Source: an uncultured delta proteobacterium
Lineage (GTDB): Bacteria; Desulfobacterota; Binatia; JACPRU01
DNA: 64,000 nt
Direction: 5' to 3'
Assembly: GCA_963745025.1 (NCBI GenBank)
Contig: CAVUWD010000014.1
Coordinates: 192,001 to 256,000, forward strand
Under the pieces are notes generated by a model. That model saw only the letters and a program-made list of their open reading frames with translations, was not told the DNA's origin and searched no databases. The position numbers and the translations under genes are program-made. Position 1 is the stretch's first letter. Each line of letters begins with the position of its first letter. Shown here in pieces: positions 39,539 through 50,121 of this stretch.

Positions 39539-41926
39539 TCACATACTTACGAGACAGATTGAACCACGTGGTTCAAACTGCCCTTGTTTGAACGCAGCGA
39601 AAGCATATCGCGGCCGGTGATGGCGCCGATGGAGACGGCCGCTGTACTGAATGAGAGTCCCCTTCCACGAGATCGGCATCGCGAGAAAGAGCGTATCAAG
39701 GCGGGCGTCGTCGAATCCCTCACCGACGTACCGGCCGGTCGCCAGCACCAGCCGCTCTGCGGTATCCGGGATCGCGGCGAGGCGTTCGGCCGACACGCGC
39801 CGTTCCTTGGGGCTCGTCCCGCCGTGGAGCAGAACGAGATGCTGCACGAACGCGCGGAGGTGGTCGGCGAAGTACTCGACGTGGTCCTTCCGCTCGGTGA
39901 GCAGGATCGGTGAGCGACCCTCGTGGATGGCCGCGATCACGTCATCGAGGATTTCTCTGTTCCGTGCGTTGTCGTGAGCGAGCGCACGATAGACCTCCTG
40001 AATGCTCGCGTCGGCACTGTCACCCGCCATTCGGAACGCGGTCTCACGAACGATCAGCCGGTGGTCGAACGGGCGGCGCGCGGCCTGGATCTTCACGTCC
40101 ACGCTGAAGCGGATCGGCCCGAGCTGCATCTCGGTGATGGGTTGGTGGCCGTCGCGCCGCTCCGGTGTTGCCGTGAGGCCGACGAGGTAGCGCGCCTTCA
40201 CCTCTGAAAGCACGCGCTCGAAGGAGACGGCAGGCACGTGGTGACACTCGTCGACGATGACGTGTCCATAGACGGCGACGAGGTCGTCGACTTGCCCCTT
40301 CCGGACGAGGCTCTGGATCATCGCCACGTCGAGGCGACCGTTGGGCTTCCGCTTTCCGCCGCCGATCTGGCCCACCTCCTTCTCGTCGATGCCGAGAAAC
40401 ATCGCCAGCTGAGCGATCCATTGGTCGAGGAGAGGCTTGCGATGGACGAGGACCAAAGCGCTTCGGGCGCGCTCGGCGATCAGGTACGTGCCGAGCACCG
40501 TCTTGCCGATCCCGGGCGGACCGCAGAATACGCCCGTCTCATGCGTCAAGAGCGCGGCAGCCGCGTCTCTCTGGACGGCGGTGAGATCACCGTCGAATGT
40601 GAAGTCCAGAAGAACGCCGTCGTGCCTACGGTCCTCAACGGCCAGCTTCACGCCGAGCTGTTTGAAGAGCGCTTGCGCCTCCGACAAGCAACCGCGCGGC
40701 AAGGCGATGAAGCGCGGCAGATCTTCGAAACAGGCGACGACACGCGGCGTCGTCGCCGTCGAGAGGCGCATCCTCTGCTTCTTGTAGAACTCGGGATTCT
40801 GGAAGGCAGCGAGCCGCTTCAACTGGTTCAGCAACTGCGAGGGGAGACCTGCCTTCTCGACGAAGAGTCGTTGCGCAAGCACGGCCGCTACTTCCGACGG
40901 CAGCGGGCCCTCGACGCGGGGCGGTCGAGGCCGTCCTGGTGGCCTCGACCACGGCGCCGCTATCTCCTGTTCGTCGATGACGTCTGCGAAGCGGATTCCA
41001 ACCACTTGTCGGGTGCGAGTCGCCTCTTTCGCGATCGCCTCGACCGCTGCGGGCTCCAAGCGCGGTACGGTCGCGAGGAAGGCCCACTGGTCGGAGAACG
41101 GCTCGAACCGCTCGTCGACGAAGACGCTGTTCCCCTGTTCCCTGGCTTCGTGCTGGAGAGGCAGCGCGATCAAGTTCCCGAAACCGCCCCGCGGCAAGGT
41201 GTCTTGGTTTGGAAAGAACCGGTCATACGACTCCATGCTGAGCTCGTGTCGGCGGCTCATCGTCTGGGTGATGAGGTAGCAGCCCATTCGCCGCGCCACG
41301 TTCGCTCGCACCGGCGCGGTGAAAAAGAACCACGCGTGGGCGCCGTTCCCCGAACGAGAGCGCTCGATCGCGATAGGGACGCTACGGACTCGACAGGTCT
41401 CCGCGAAGGCTGCGACATCCTCTTTCCACGAGCTCTTGTCGAAATCAGCAGCGAGGAACCAGCACGTCTCGTCTTCGAGGAGCGGGTACACGCCCATGAC
41501 GTGCTTGCCCCGCAGGTGGTCGAGGACGACCTGGTCGCTCACGGGCAAGAACGCCTGGTTCGGGCACTCGCTGCACTTGCCTCCGGTCTTCAGGATGCAA
41601 AGGCCCGCCTGGAACTTGTTCGAGCACTCGGGAGCGTACCCGGGCTTGCCGGTCCTCTTGCTCACGAAGCGAGTCGGGAAGATGTCCGGCCGCCCTCGGA
41701 AAAGCGACCGGAAGAGCTTGACCTTGTCGGCTGGCGTGTGAGGCGTTTTGCCGTTCCCCGCGGACGGGAGCGACCAGACCGGAGACGTCGTGCTCGAAGC
41801 TGCCTCGAGCTTCGACAGCAGCTGCTCGCGCCTTGCTCGCGCCTCGGCAAGAGCTCGCTCGAGATCAGCGAGGCGTTGCTCCTCGCGAGCTATCTCCACG
41901 AGGATCGTTTCCTTCGACCGGCTCAT
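39539..41926 (-). CDS. AEP-primase-like (TOTE-type) domain fused to an SF2 (ResIII-like) helicase; C-terminus truncated
   Basis: FRSLFRGR, GVYPL..DFD, ERSRSGNGAH, GNLIALPLQ; GPPGIGKT, DECHH, TATP, GEGFD, QYSGRLHR followed by a non-homologous tail. Confidence 0.82.
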   Translation of the reverse strand: MSRSKETILVEIAREEQRLADLERALAEARARREQLLSKLEAASSTTSPVWSLPSAGNGKTPHTPADKVKLFRSLFRGRPDIFPTRFVSKRTGKPGYAPECSNKFQAGLCILKTGGKCSECPNQAFLPVSDQVVLDHLRGKHVMGVYPLLEDETCWFLAADFDKSSWKEDVAAFAETCRVRSVPIAIERSRSGNGAHAWFFFTAPVRANVARRMGCYLITQTMSRRHELSMESYDRFFPNQDTLPRGGFGNLIALPLQHEAREQGNSVFVDERFEPFSDQWAFLATVPRLEPAAVEAIAKEATRTRQVVGIRFADVIDEQEIAAPWSRPPGRPRPPRVEGPLPSEVAAVLAQRLFVEKAGLPSQLLNQLKRLAAFQNPEFYKKQRMRLSTATTPRVVACFEDLPRFIALPRGCLSEAQALFKQLGVKLAVEDRRHDGVLLDFTFDGDLTAVQRDAAAALLTHETGVFCGPPGIGKTVLGTYLIAERARSALVLVHRKPLLDQWIAQLAMFLGIDEKEVGQIGGGKRKPNGRLDVAMIQSLVRKGQVDDLVAVYGHVIVDECHHVPAVSFERVLSEVKARYLVGLTATPERRDGHQPITEMQLGPIRFSVDVKIQAARRPFDHRLIVRETAFRMAGDSADASIQEVYRALAHDNARNREILDDVIAAIHEGRSPILLTERKDHVEYFADHLRAFVQHLVLLHGGTSPKERRVSAERLAAIPDTAERLVLATGRYVGEGFDDARLDTLFLAMPISWKGTLIQYSGRLHRRHHRPRYAFAAFKQGQFEPRGSICLVSM
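39559..39576. repeat. perfect palindrome TTGAACCACGTGGTTCAA, copy 1
   Basis: read directly from the sequence. Confidence 0.9.
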
Positions 41927-42122
41927 GCTCGGTGCTCGCGGGGTCAGCGCCGCTTTGAGTCGCGATTATACACGCGCAGTGCCTGCCGCATGAAACCGAG
42001 CCGTCGACCCCATTCAGGCAACCGGCGGACAGCAACGGGCGCGATCGGCCGACGGTTCTGGCGCGCTGCACTAGCCCCCGGAATGTGAGTAGGATAGCCT
42101 TATACCCCACGATGAGGACACG

Positions 42123-42392
42123 ATGCCGGAGCCGCAGCGAGTAGCGTCCTACGAGGAGTACCTCCGCGAGGCGATGCGCCGCGCCGAGTACGATAAACTC
42201 GATGCCGGAGGATGGTTTGCGCGGATTCCTGGTTTCCAGGGGCTCTGGGCAAGCGGCCCTACGGTGGAGGATACGCGCAACGACCTCTGGGAGGCGCTCG
42301 ATGGCTGGCTCTTCGTAAACGGCTTCGTCAGCCATCTCCCACCGCCGCACATCGAGGGCGTCGAGTTCGACGTTACGAAGCGCGGCGAGTGA
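42123..42392 (+). CDS. hicB: HicB-like antitoxin
   Basis: WFARIPGFQGLWASGPTVEDTRNDL; precedes hicA. Confidence 0.8.
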   Translation: MPEPQRVASYEEYLREAMRRAEYDKLDAGGWFARIPGFQGLWASGPTVEDTRNDLWEALDGWLFVNGFVSHLPPPHIEGVEFDVTKRGE

Positions 42393-42399
42393 GGCGCGG

Positions 42400-42627
42400 A
42401 TGACCGCGCGCCTCACCCCCTGCTCGCGGCGAGAGTTCATCCGCAAGCTGAGTGGGCTTGGTTACGACGGCCCGTATCCGGGTGGGAGGCACGAGTTCAT
42501 GGCGGCTCAAGGAAAGCGACCGATCAGAGTGCCCAATCCTCACGGCGGCCAGGACATCAGCGTTGATCTCCTCTCGCGAATCTTGCGGGAAGCCGGAATT
42601 GACCGTGACGAGTGGGCGCGCCTGTGA
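42400..42627 (+). CDS. hicA: HicA-family toxin
   Basis: GGRHEFM, VPNPHG, LSRILREAG. Confidence 0.85.
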   Translation: MTARLTPCSRREFIRKLSGLGYDGPYPGGRHEFMAAQGKRPIRVPNPHGGQDISVDLLSRILREAGIDRDEWARL

Positions 42628-42651
42628 ACTTTGAACCACGTGGTTCAAAGT
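42628..42651. repeat. palindrome copy 2 (24-bp perfect)
   Basis: actttgaaccacgtggttcaaagt immediately after the hicA stop. Confidence 0.9.
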
Positions 42652-42779
42652 CGGGCTCCATGTAGGACGAAGTAGGACGATTAAACCGAGAAAACCCTTA
42701 GAAATCGCGGTCAGAACTAGGGTTCGAATCCCTTCTGCTCCATTTCGTTTCCTTCGGAAGGGTCAACACTTTCTTCGTC

Positions 42780-42950
42780 GCCCGTCTCTCCGTGGGACAA
42801 ATCGTCCCGGATTTTGTGGTGATCGGTCATCTCCTCCGTGCTCTTCTCCATGACCATGCCGGCGTTGTTCACGAGGATCTCGATCGCGGCGACGACCGCG
42901 GCAACCTCCTCCGGCCGGGTCACGTCGAGCCGGAATGCGTGGGCGGCCCC
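42780..42950 (-). pseudogene. SDR fragment
   Basis: LDVTRPEEV..IEILVNNAG remnant. Confidence 0.5.
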
Positions 42951-43002
42951 CCGGCCTCGCGGATCTGCATGCGGCCCCCGAGAGGAAGCGCTGGGGAGGG
43001 AG

Positions 43003-43464
43003 TCATCGGTCTCGTCGCGCGAGCACGATGACGTGCTCGCCCTCCTGCACCGTGCCCCCGCGCTGGTTGAAGAGCGTCACCGCGAACGTGACGACTCCGC
43101 GATCGGCCTTCTTCAGCTCGCCCTTGGCTTGGATGCCGATCCGGGCATGGACGGTGTCGCCGACGAGGACGGGGGCCAGGAACTTCCAGCGGATCTCGAG
43201 GAAGGCGAGCGCGGTGCCTGCGAAGAGGCCGAGGCGGTCGACGAGACCCAGGTACATGTCGTGGATCAGCGGCCCGTGCGGCACGCGCGTGCCGAAGGGG
43301 CTCGCTGCGCGAGCGAACTCCTCGTCGGTGTGGAGCGGATTGAAGTCGCCCGTGAGGCCGGAAAAGGCCAGCACGTCGCCCTCGGTCACGGTCCGGCCGC
43401 CCGTCCAGAATTCCTGGCCGACAGCCAGCTCGTCCCAGGATCTCCCGCTGTAGGTCTTAGGCAT
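43003..43464 (-). CDS. MaoC-like dehydratase
   Basis: RTVTEGDV..FSGLTGDFNPLH, PHG, FLAPVLVGDT. Confidence 0.9.
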   Translation of the reverse strand: MPKTYSGRSWDELAVGQEFWTGGRTVTEGDVLAFSGLTGDFNPLHTDEEFARAASPFGTRVPHGPLIHDMYLGLVDRLGLFAGTALAFLEIRWKFLAPVLVGDTVHARIGIQAKGELKKADRGVVTFAVTLFNQRGGTVQEGEHVIVLARRDR

Positions 43465-43796
43465 CGGGTGCCTCGCTGAACGTGTGCTGCATTTTCCGGT
43501 TCCTTGACGACGGCGTGCGGGAATCCGGCCGTAAAATTTGCGTAGAAAGGGAGATCCCGCCAGCGTCTTAGATCGAAGGTCATGTCGACATCGGCCCGCT
43601 AATCGTTCCTATCTCCTCACGGCAGTTATGAGAAGCGCATGTGTTCGCAAATCGCCGGTGAAGTCGTGGGCGACGGCGAGACGCCGTCCTAGCCACAGAC
43701 GATCACGCGACAGGAAGCGCGCGAGACGATCTTTTCCCACTTACCGCGCTGCGGGAGCGTGGGATCATCTGACGCGCTGCTGAGCGCGCGGCGCTG

Positions 43797-44597
43797 CTAG
43801 CGCGATGAACCCGTGGCCTTCGGTAGGCTGTCAAGGAAAGAGCGGACCGTCCGCGTGAACACCTCGGGTTGTTCCCAGAACATCCAGTGTCCTGCGTTCT
43901 CGACGATTGTCAGCTGGCATCCGGGGATCTGCGCCGCGAGGAACTGATGATACTTCACGGGCGTGAGCCGGTCCTCGGCGCCGCACACGGCCAGGGTGGG
44001 AACGCGGATGTCCTTCAGCCGGCTCATGACATCGAACGTGTCGTCGGCAATCCAGTCCTGGTATGTGACCGCCGGGTCCGTGTCCGCCGTCAACTTCTGA
44101 ACCGCGTCGACCACTGACTGTGGCGTGGCGCTCGCGAAGCCCCACGAGCGATCCGTCGCAAGCGCGCGCCCGGCCTCGGCCGCTGCGCGCGCGTCGCGGA
44201 GCAGGCCGGAATCCACCCGCAAACGCGCTCCCGTGTCGACCAGAATCAGGCCGTCGAGCAGATCCCCATAATAGAGGGCGGTTAAAAGCCCGACGGCGCC
44301 CCCGAGGGAGTGGCCCGCGACCACGAGGCGATCCCATCCCAGCCCCTTGGCCAGCTCGACGACGAAGTGGGTGTAGTCGGCGATCCCGCGAAAGCCGCGC
44401 CCAGGCGATAGCCCGTGCCCCGGCAGGTCGATCGCCACGGGCATGTGCGCGTCGGCAATCGCGGTCATGTGCGGGACCCACACCTGCCCATTGCAGCCCG
44501 TCCCGTGCACGTAGAGCACCTTCCGCCATGGCCGGGCGGTGCGACTGTCGACCGTGTGATAGTGGATCGTGCGCTCGGCGATGACTGCAGATCCCAT
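43797..44597 (-). CDS. alpha/beta hydrolase
   Basis: HG, DLPGHG, GHSLGG, D..TP, AGH. Confidence 0.88.
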   Translation of the reverse strand: MGSAVIAERTIHYHTVDSRTARPWRKVLYVHGTGCNGQVWVPHMTAIADAHMPVAIDLPGHGLSPGRGFRGIADYTHFVVELAKGLGWDRLVVAGHSLGGAVGLLTALYYGDLLDGLILVDTGARLRVDSGLLRDARAAAEAGRALATDRSWGFASATPQSVVDAVQKLTADTDPAVTYQDWIADDTFDVMSRLKDIRVPTLAVCGAEDRLTPVKYHQFLAAQIPGCQLTIVENAGHWMFWEQPEVFTRTVRSFLDSLPKATGSSR

Positions 44598-44811
44598 CGA
44601 GGCGTCCTCTCTGGTCGTATTCGCGCCCGCCGTAAGGCCTGATCTCTCGGAGGAGAGGCTTGCTCTCGGGGTGATAGTCTTCTGCGGTGGCTCTGCGCAA
44701 GGAGAAAGGGTTCTACGTCCGGCCGGATAGGAGAGGTGCGCGTTGTGCAAGTAGAACGAAACCAGGATCGGGACGTGCACTGCATCGAGGGAGCGTGCGA
44801 TGAACCCGGCC

Positions 44812-45771
44812 CTAGGTCAGCGGGAATTTCTGGCCGACGAGCTTCTCCGACACCTCCCAGAGCCGCTCGGCGTTGGCGGGGTCGAGAGCGTAGGACTTCA
44901 CGCCGTCGAGCGCGTCTTCCGCGTCGTTTACTGTGGCGACATGGCAGTCCTCGAGATAGAGGCCGCCGCGTCCTTCGAGCTCCGGCGCCGTGGCGGCAAA
45001 GGTCTCCGTTGCCGCGCCGGCTTCGACCGTCTTGAAGCTGACGCCGCCGCGACTCATGCGCGAGCGGATGAACTCGAGATCCTCGGGCTGCAAGTGTCGG
45101 CCGAGCTCGGTCATGATGCCGCCCGGATGCAGAGCATTGGCGTGCACCCCACGCGAGCCGAGCCGCTTCTCCAGACCGACGGCGAAGAGGATGTTGGCCG
45201 TTTTCGACTGACCGTATGAGAGCCACTTGTCATACGGCCGCTTCTCGAACTGAATGTCGTCGAAGACCACCGGCGACATGTGATGCCCCCGCGAGCTGAC
45301 CGAGACGATGCGGCTCGGCGCGCCGCGCAGCAGCGCCGGCGCCAGCAGACAGGTGAGGAGAAAGTGGCCGAGGTGATTCGAGCCGAATTGCAACTCGAAG
45401 CCGTCCTGGGTCTTCATGAACGGACTCGCCATCACGCCCGCGTTGTCGACCAGGATGTGAAGAGCGTCGTGCCGTGAAAGAAGGCGCTCGGCGAAGGCGC
45501 GGATGTTTTTCAGCGAACCGAGCTCGAGCTCCGCGACCTCGACCCGGGGATTGCGGGTCGAGCTGCGGATCGCCGCGGCGACAGTCTCGCCTTTCGGCAC
45601 GTCGCGAGCAGTGATGATCACGTGCGCGCCCCGCTCGGCCAGGACGCGAGCGGTCTCCTGTCCGAGTCCGCTGGACCCGCCGGTCACCAGCGCGAGCTTG
45701 CCGCGCAGGTCGATGCCTTCCGCGACCTCGCTCGCCGTCGTCTGCGCTCCGAACTTCGATGCGTCTCGCAT
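44812..45771 (-). CDS. SDR (retinol-DH/WWOX-like)
   Basis: TGGSSGLG, NAGVM, NHLGHF, YGQSK. Confidence 0.92.
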   Translation of the reverse strand: MRDASKFGAQTTASEVAEGIDLRGKLALVTGGSSGLGQETARVLAERGAHVIITARDVPKGETVAAAIRSSTRNPRVEVAELELGSLKNIRAFAERLLSRHDALHILVDNAGVMASPFMKTQDGFELQFGSNHLGHFLLTCLLAPALLRGAPSRIVSVSSRGHHMSPVVFDDIQFEKRPYDKWLSYGQSKTANILFAVGLEKRLGSRGVHANALHPGGIMTELGRHLQPEDLEFIRSRMSRGGVSFKTVEAGAATETFAATAPELEGRGGLYLEDCHVATVNDAEDALDGVKSYALDPANAERLWEVSEKLVGQKFPLT

Positions 45772-45813
45772 ATAACCTCTCCGTCACTCGAGGTTTGCGT
45801 CCGTGAAGCTCAA

Positions 45814-46764
45814 TTACGATGCGGAAGCGGCTCGTCTGCGCCGTCCGCTGATCAAGTACACCGCCGCCCGCAGCTCGAGCAGCGGATCCGCCGAGGCCTC
45901 GATCCCGTCCACCCTCGGGATCGGATCGAAGATGATGTGCTTCTGCTCGCGCGCGTCGTTCGCCACCGGCGCCGTCAGCTCGATTCTACCGAGCTCGACG
46001 AGCGCTCGGCTCTCGGGCCAGTGAACCGTAGCATCGTCGAGGACGTCGCCGCGCTCCGCCAGCTGCACCGTCAATTTGAAACGCACCGGCCCGTTCCCCA
46101 CTCGCTTCGCGATCTCGTCCAAGAGATAGGTCGCGCTCTTTGCCTTCGTCGCCGCATCGTCGAGGTGCGCAGCGCCAGCCTCGGGAACGATCCGGTAGCG
46201 CCCGAAGCGGCTCACGCCATCCGCGTTCGTGAAGCGCATCGCGGTCACGCCGAAGTACGTCTCCGTCGCGAAGCTCACCGGAGCCGGCTTCGGCGTCTGC
46301 ACGAACGCCAGCGCCGCGGGATGGCTGCCGAGGAACGCCTCGAGCGGCGAGCCCGCGACCTTCGCCGGATCGCTCGACGCCACCGCCCGCAGAAACTCCA
46401 GGAACTCGGCGCCCGTGTGCGTCGGGAATCCGTCCGTCGAGTGGCTCACGATGTCGGTGTGCACGTGCTCCGCTAGATGGAAGCGGATCGCGAGCCCGCG
46501 TGGGTTGGCATTCGGATCGTTGTCCGGCAGCAACGGAACGCCGGTCGAGTTCGAGAAGCGCACTGTCACCGGCGTCGACGAACGCAGCACGTGCGGCGCC
46601 CTAGTGAGCGAGGACGCACCCGCTGCGGGGGTGAACGTGCCCGTGAACATCGCTCCTTTCGCGTGTGCTGGACGGAAGCCCGGATACTCTCCGAAGAGCT
46701 TCTCCAACTGGTGAATCAGGTCGTTGGCCAGAGCCAGCAGCTTTTCGTCGTTGGGAAGTGGCAT
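45814..46764 (-). CDS. catalase-related peroxidase (SrpA-like)
   Basis: RPAHAKG, VRFS, RGLAIRF, FDP..SADPLL..R..Y..S. Confidence 0.9.
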   Translation of the reverse strand: MPLPNDEKLLALANDLIHQLEKLFGEYPGFRPAHAKGAMFTGTFTPAAGASSLTRAPHVLRSSTPVTVRFSNSTGVPLLPDNDPNANPRGLAIRFHLAEHVHTDIVSHSTDGFPTHTGAEFLEFLRAVASSDPAKVAGSPLEAFLGSHPAALAFVQTPKPAPVSFATETYFGVTAMRFTNADGVSRFGRYRIVPEAGAAHLDDAATKAKSATYLLDEIAKRVGNGPVRFKLTVQLAERGDVLDDATVHWPESRALVELGRIELTAPVANDAREQKHIIFDPIPRVDGIEASADPLLELRAAVYLISGRRRRAASAS

Positions 46765-47000
46765 CGTCGTTTCTCCTCATCGTGATGGCTGCGCTGCAAA
46801 GCTGGTGACTACCAATCCAGTAGTTTCGCGCAAGCGGGAGCGCGGTTCCACGACCGCCCCTTACGGAGAAGCGGGGGCGGGTCGGTCAGAAGCGGCTCTG
46901 CCTATCGACCTCGAACAGGTCGTGCCGGAGGCCGGCGTGCATCACCCGAGAGCGATGGCCGTGACCCGTAGCCGGAGCGAGGACACCGCAAAGGCGTGCT

Positions 47001-47228
47001 CTACCAGGGCGAGCGCCGCGTCGGTGGCAAAACCGCGATGCTGTCCGCGACGGGCGAAGTGGTAGCCGAGTTCAACGTCACTCGGCCGGCTGCAGCATCA
47101 AAAGAGAAGCGCGCGTTTGGAGGATTGGTCGCGTCGCAGGCGGCGCAGCGGGCCTCGATACTGATCCCGCATTCGACGCAGTGGACCGAGCGCCCCGCCG
47201 CCGGGGTCGAGCACTTCGGACAGACCAT
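47001..47228 (-). pseudogene. double Zn-ribbon N-terminal fragment
   Basis: CPKC..CVECG..CAAC..NPPNARF, then degenerate. Confidence 0.5.
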
Positions 47229-47305
47229 CGAAACGACTCTATGCCATCCCCCGCGAACCCCGCGAGCCCCTTTCGCGCTCGCCTCCGACGGCCGCGGTTT
47301 GGCGG

Positions 47306-48895
47306 CTATTCGCGTGGTCGCGCGTAAATGAGATGGCGCACCCGGGGATCAGCACTCACGTAGATGCGTATTCGGTCCTCTAGTTCGCGATCCGCCAATG
47401 TCTGGCGATCGTGTTGGCGCAAGTGCTCCGCCCACGAGTTCACGAGAAACGTCTCCACGTAGCGATCCGGTGTCTCGGTATCGTGAAAGATGCCCCAACG
47501 CGACGCCCCATCCCGACGCCGGACGCGTTGGTATTGATGCATTGCCTCCACAAACTCTGCGACGCGTTGGCGATCCACGATGTATTCGACCGTCACGAGG
47601 ACCGGCCCCTCGTCGAGTCCTGGTTCCATCTCTTTGAGGATCGCGGGGAGTCGCCAATGGTTCCACGGACTCAGGTCCGTCGTTGCGTCCGGCAGCCGCG
47701 ATACGAGCCCGAGCGCCGTGGTCGCGATCGTTCCCAGCCCCGCCCACAGCAGAGCTGTCGGAATACCTGCCCGCTCGCCGACCGCACCCCACACAGCGCT
47801 GCCAACGGCCATGCTACCTTGAAAGACCAGCATGAAGACCGCCATGACGCGGGCGCGAACCCAGTCGGGCGCGAGACTCTGGACCAGCGCACTGATCAGC
47901 GAGATGAAGCTGATCCAGGCTCCACCTCCCACCAGCATTGCAACTCCGAGCGCTCCCATCACGTGAAAACTGCCAATCGCAACAATCGTCGCTCCCAGGA
48001 TTGCCACGCCGGCTGATACTACGGCCTCCGTCGACCATCGCGAGCGGGCTCGCTGCATAGCCAATGCGCCCAGCACCGCACCCACCCCGAAGCATCCCAA
48101 AAGAAGCCCATAGGCTATCGGGCTCTCGCTGATGCTGCGAGCGATGGTCGGCAGTAGTGCGAACAGCGCGCTCGCAAAAAACATCGCCGTTCCAGCCCGA
48201 AGCATCAGCGAACGGATCGCGGGCGAGTAGCGGACGTAGCGGATCGCCGCGACCGTTGCGCCGCCCACCGTCTCGACCGGTGCGGTTCGCGGACGAATAG
48301 GCCGCTTCCATCGAACGACCACCACGATCACTCCGAGGAACGACACGGCATTCAAAGCGAATGCCGTGCCGATGCCGGCGGTCGCGATGAGGGCGCCGGC
48401 GAGCGCGGGCCCCACCGCCCGCGCGAGGTTGAATTCGATCCCGTTGAGCGCTGATCCTGCCGCGAGATCCTCTTTCTTCACCAGTTCGGGAAGAATCGCC
48501 CGCCAGGTGGGTGTTTCGAACGCGTCTCCGGCCGAGAGCGCAAACGTCAGCGCGAGCAGCAGCCAGGGCGACATGAGGCGACCGATGGTCAGGACCGCGA
48601 TCGCGGTCGCGACGACAACCATCCAGACTTCCGTGTAGAGAATTAGTTTGCGGCGATCGACGATATCGCCGATCGAGCCAGCGGGCAGGGCGAGGACAAA
48701 GAATGGTAGCGTGGATGCGGTCTGCGTCAGCGCCACGTAAAACGGGCCGGCGCCAAGCGAGAGCATCAACCAGGCTGCGCCGACGCTCTGCAAGAACGTC
48801 CCGATGTCCGAGACGATGTTGGCGATGAGCAGATTGCGGAATGTGGGCGCCCGCAGCGGTCGCCACAGACTGCCCGAGGTGCGATCGAGGGCCAT
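47306..48895 (-). CDS. MFS transporter (MFS_3/DUF894 type with C-terminal domain)
   Basis: about 12 TM; DIVDRRK; RRRDGA..W, SWAEHLRQH. Confidence 0.9.
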   Translation of the reverse strand: MALDRTSGSLWRPLRAPTFRNLLIANIVSDIGTFLQSVGAAWLMLSLGAGPFYVALTQTASTLPFFVLALPAGSIGDIVDRRKLILYTEVWMVVVATAIAVLTIGRLMSPWLLLALTFALSAGDAFETPTWRAILPELVKKEDLAAGSALNGIEFNLARAVGPALAGALIATAGIGTAFALNAVSFLGVIVVVVRWKRPIRPRTAPVETVGGATVAAIRYVRYSPAIRSLMLRAGTAMFFASALFALLPTIARSISESPIAYGLLLGCFGVGAVLGALAMQRARSRWSTEAVVSAGVAILGATIVAIGSFHVMGALGVAMLVGGGAWISFISLISALVQSLAPDWVRARVMAVFMLVFQGSMAVGSAVWGAVGERAGIPTALLWAGLGTIATTALGLVSRLPDATTDLSPWNHWRLPAILKEMEPGLDEGPVLVTVEYIVDRQRVAEFVEAMHQYQRVRRRDGASRWGIFHDTETPDRYVETFLVNSWAEHLRQHDRQTLADRELEDRIRIYVSADPRVRHLIYARPRE

Positions 48896-49258
48896 GTGCG
48901 GAAATCTCACCCCGCTTGGGGGGACGTCAACTAACCCTAATGAAAGTGAACCTCCTCATGGCGAAGAACGCGAAGAACACTTACGCGAAGTCTCGCCCGT
49001 CGACTGCGCCGTCGTTGCGATTGCGTGTATGAGGCGCCGCAACCGCGAGCTGCGCGCAAAAAAAGACAAGGCGAGACGGCAGCAGCGCGGGCACGAAGGC
49101 CTCGGGCTGCTGCCGTCGAAAGGTGAGAAAGCGCGGATGGTGAAGCGGGGTTGATGAGGTGGAAAAAGAGGGCGGCGCGTTCAGACCGGCTGTTCAGACC
49201 GGCAGCGCGATCTCGCGGGATCGCTCGAGCCTCTTGACCGTGTTGCTTCGTGTTGGGT

Positions 49259-49450
49259 TTACCAGTAGCCGGCGTCAACGAAGCTGAAGTGGGTATCGGC
49301 ACCGATGATCACGTGGTCCAAGACACGGATTCCCACCAACTCGCCGACCTGCCGGAGCCTGCGAGTGATCTCGAGATCCTCTGAAGACGAACTCACGTCA
49401 TTTGACGGGTGGTTGTGCATGAGCAGGAAGCACTCGGCATTGCCGGCGAC
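49259..49450 (-). pseudogene. RadC/JAB-domain C-terminal fragment
   Basis: HNHPS, SSEDL..TRRL, VLDHVII. Confidence 0.75.
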
Positions 49451-49582
49451 CGCGCACTTTTCTCCAGTGTCGGCGAGATGATCGGCCGCGCGGCTAAATC
49501 GACGCGCAAAAACTCGCAAGGAGCGCCTGTAACGCCGGGGCGGCGCAAATGATTGACCATCAGCCGGACAAGAGTGTCCCGC

Positions 49583-50092
49583 TTACTTTGCCGGCGGGGG
49601 AGGATTTTTCGCTTTCGCCGCACCGCGCTTGAGCAGATCGAACAGATCGCTGTCGGTGGAGAGCACGAGCGTGGAGTCCTTCGCGAAGATCTTGCGGTAA
49701 GTTTCCATGCTTTTCATGAAGGCGTAGAACTCGGCGGCCTGCGGGCTTTGCGAGTAGGCGCGGGCGTAAATCTCGGTGGCCTTGGCGTCGGCCTCGCCGC
49801 GGATGGTCTGCACCTTGAGGTAGGCGCCGGACTGGATTTCGTTCATGTCGCGTTCTTTCTTGCCGGCGATCTTGGCCGCCTCGCCCTCGCCTTCCGAGCG
49901 GAACCGCTGGGCGATTTGCTGACGCTCGCTGATCATGCGCTGGTAGATGCGGTCGAGCACGTCGGGGTTGTAATCCACGCGCTTCAGGCGCAGGTCCAGC
50001 AGCTCGATGCCGAACTCGGCCAGCTTGCCGGCGGCGGCGGTCTTGATCTCGGTCTCGACCTTTTGCCGGCCCACGGTGATGGGCGGCAACAC
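49583..50092 (-). pseudogene. HflC C-terminal fragment
   Basis: RMISERQQIAQRFRSEG, GEADAKA, FYAFMKSMETY; N-terminal half absent. Confidence 0.8.
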
Positions 50093-50121
50093 GCCGATCG
50101 TGGGACATCCTCCACGGCGTC

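Larger units (their letters stand above)
39497..42744. mobile_element. tRNA-Ala-integrated island (~3.2 kb), no integrase
   Basis: 26-bp direct repeat agggttcgaatcccttctgctccatt at 39497-39522 and 42719-42744. Confidence 0.85.

Noticed and set aside
42719-42744. Second tRNA gene
   Set aside because: Only the 3' 26 bp are present; this is an att duplication
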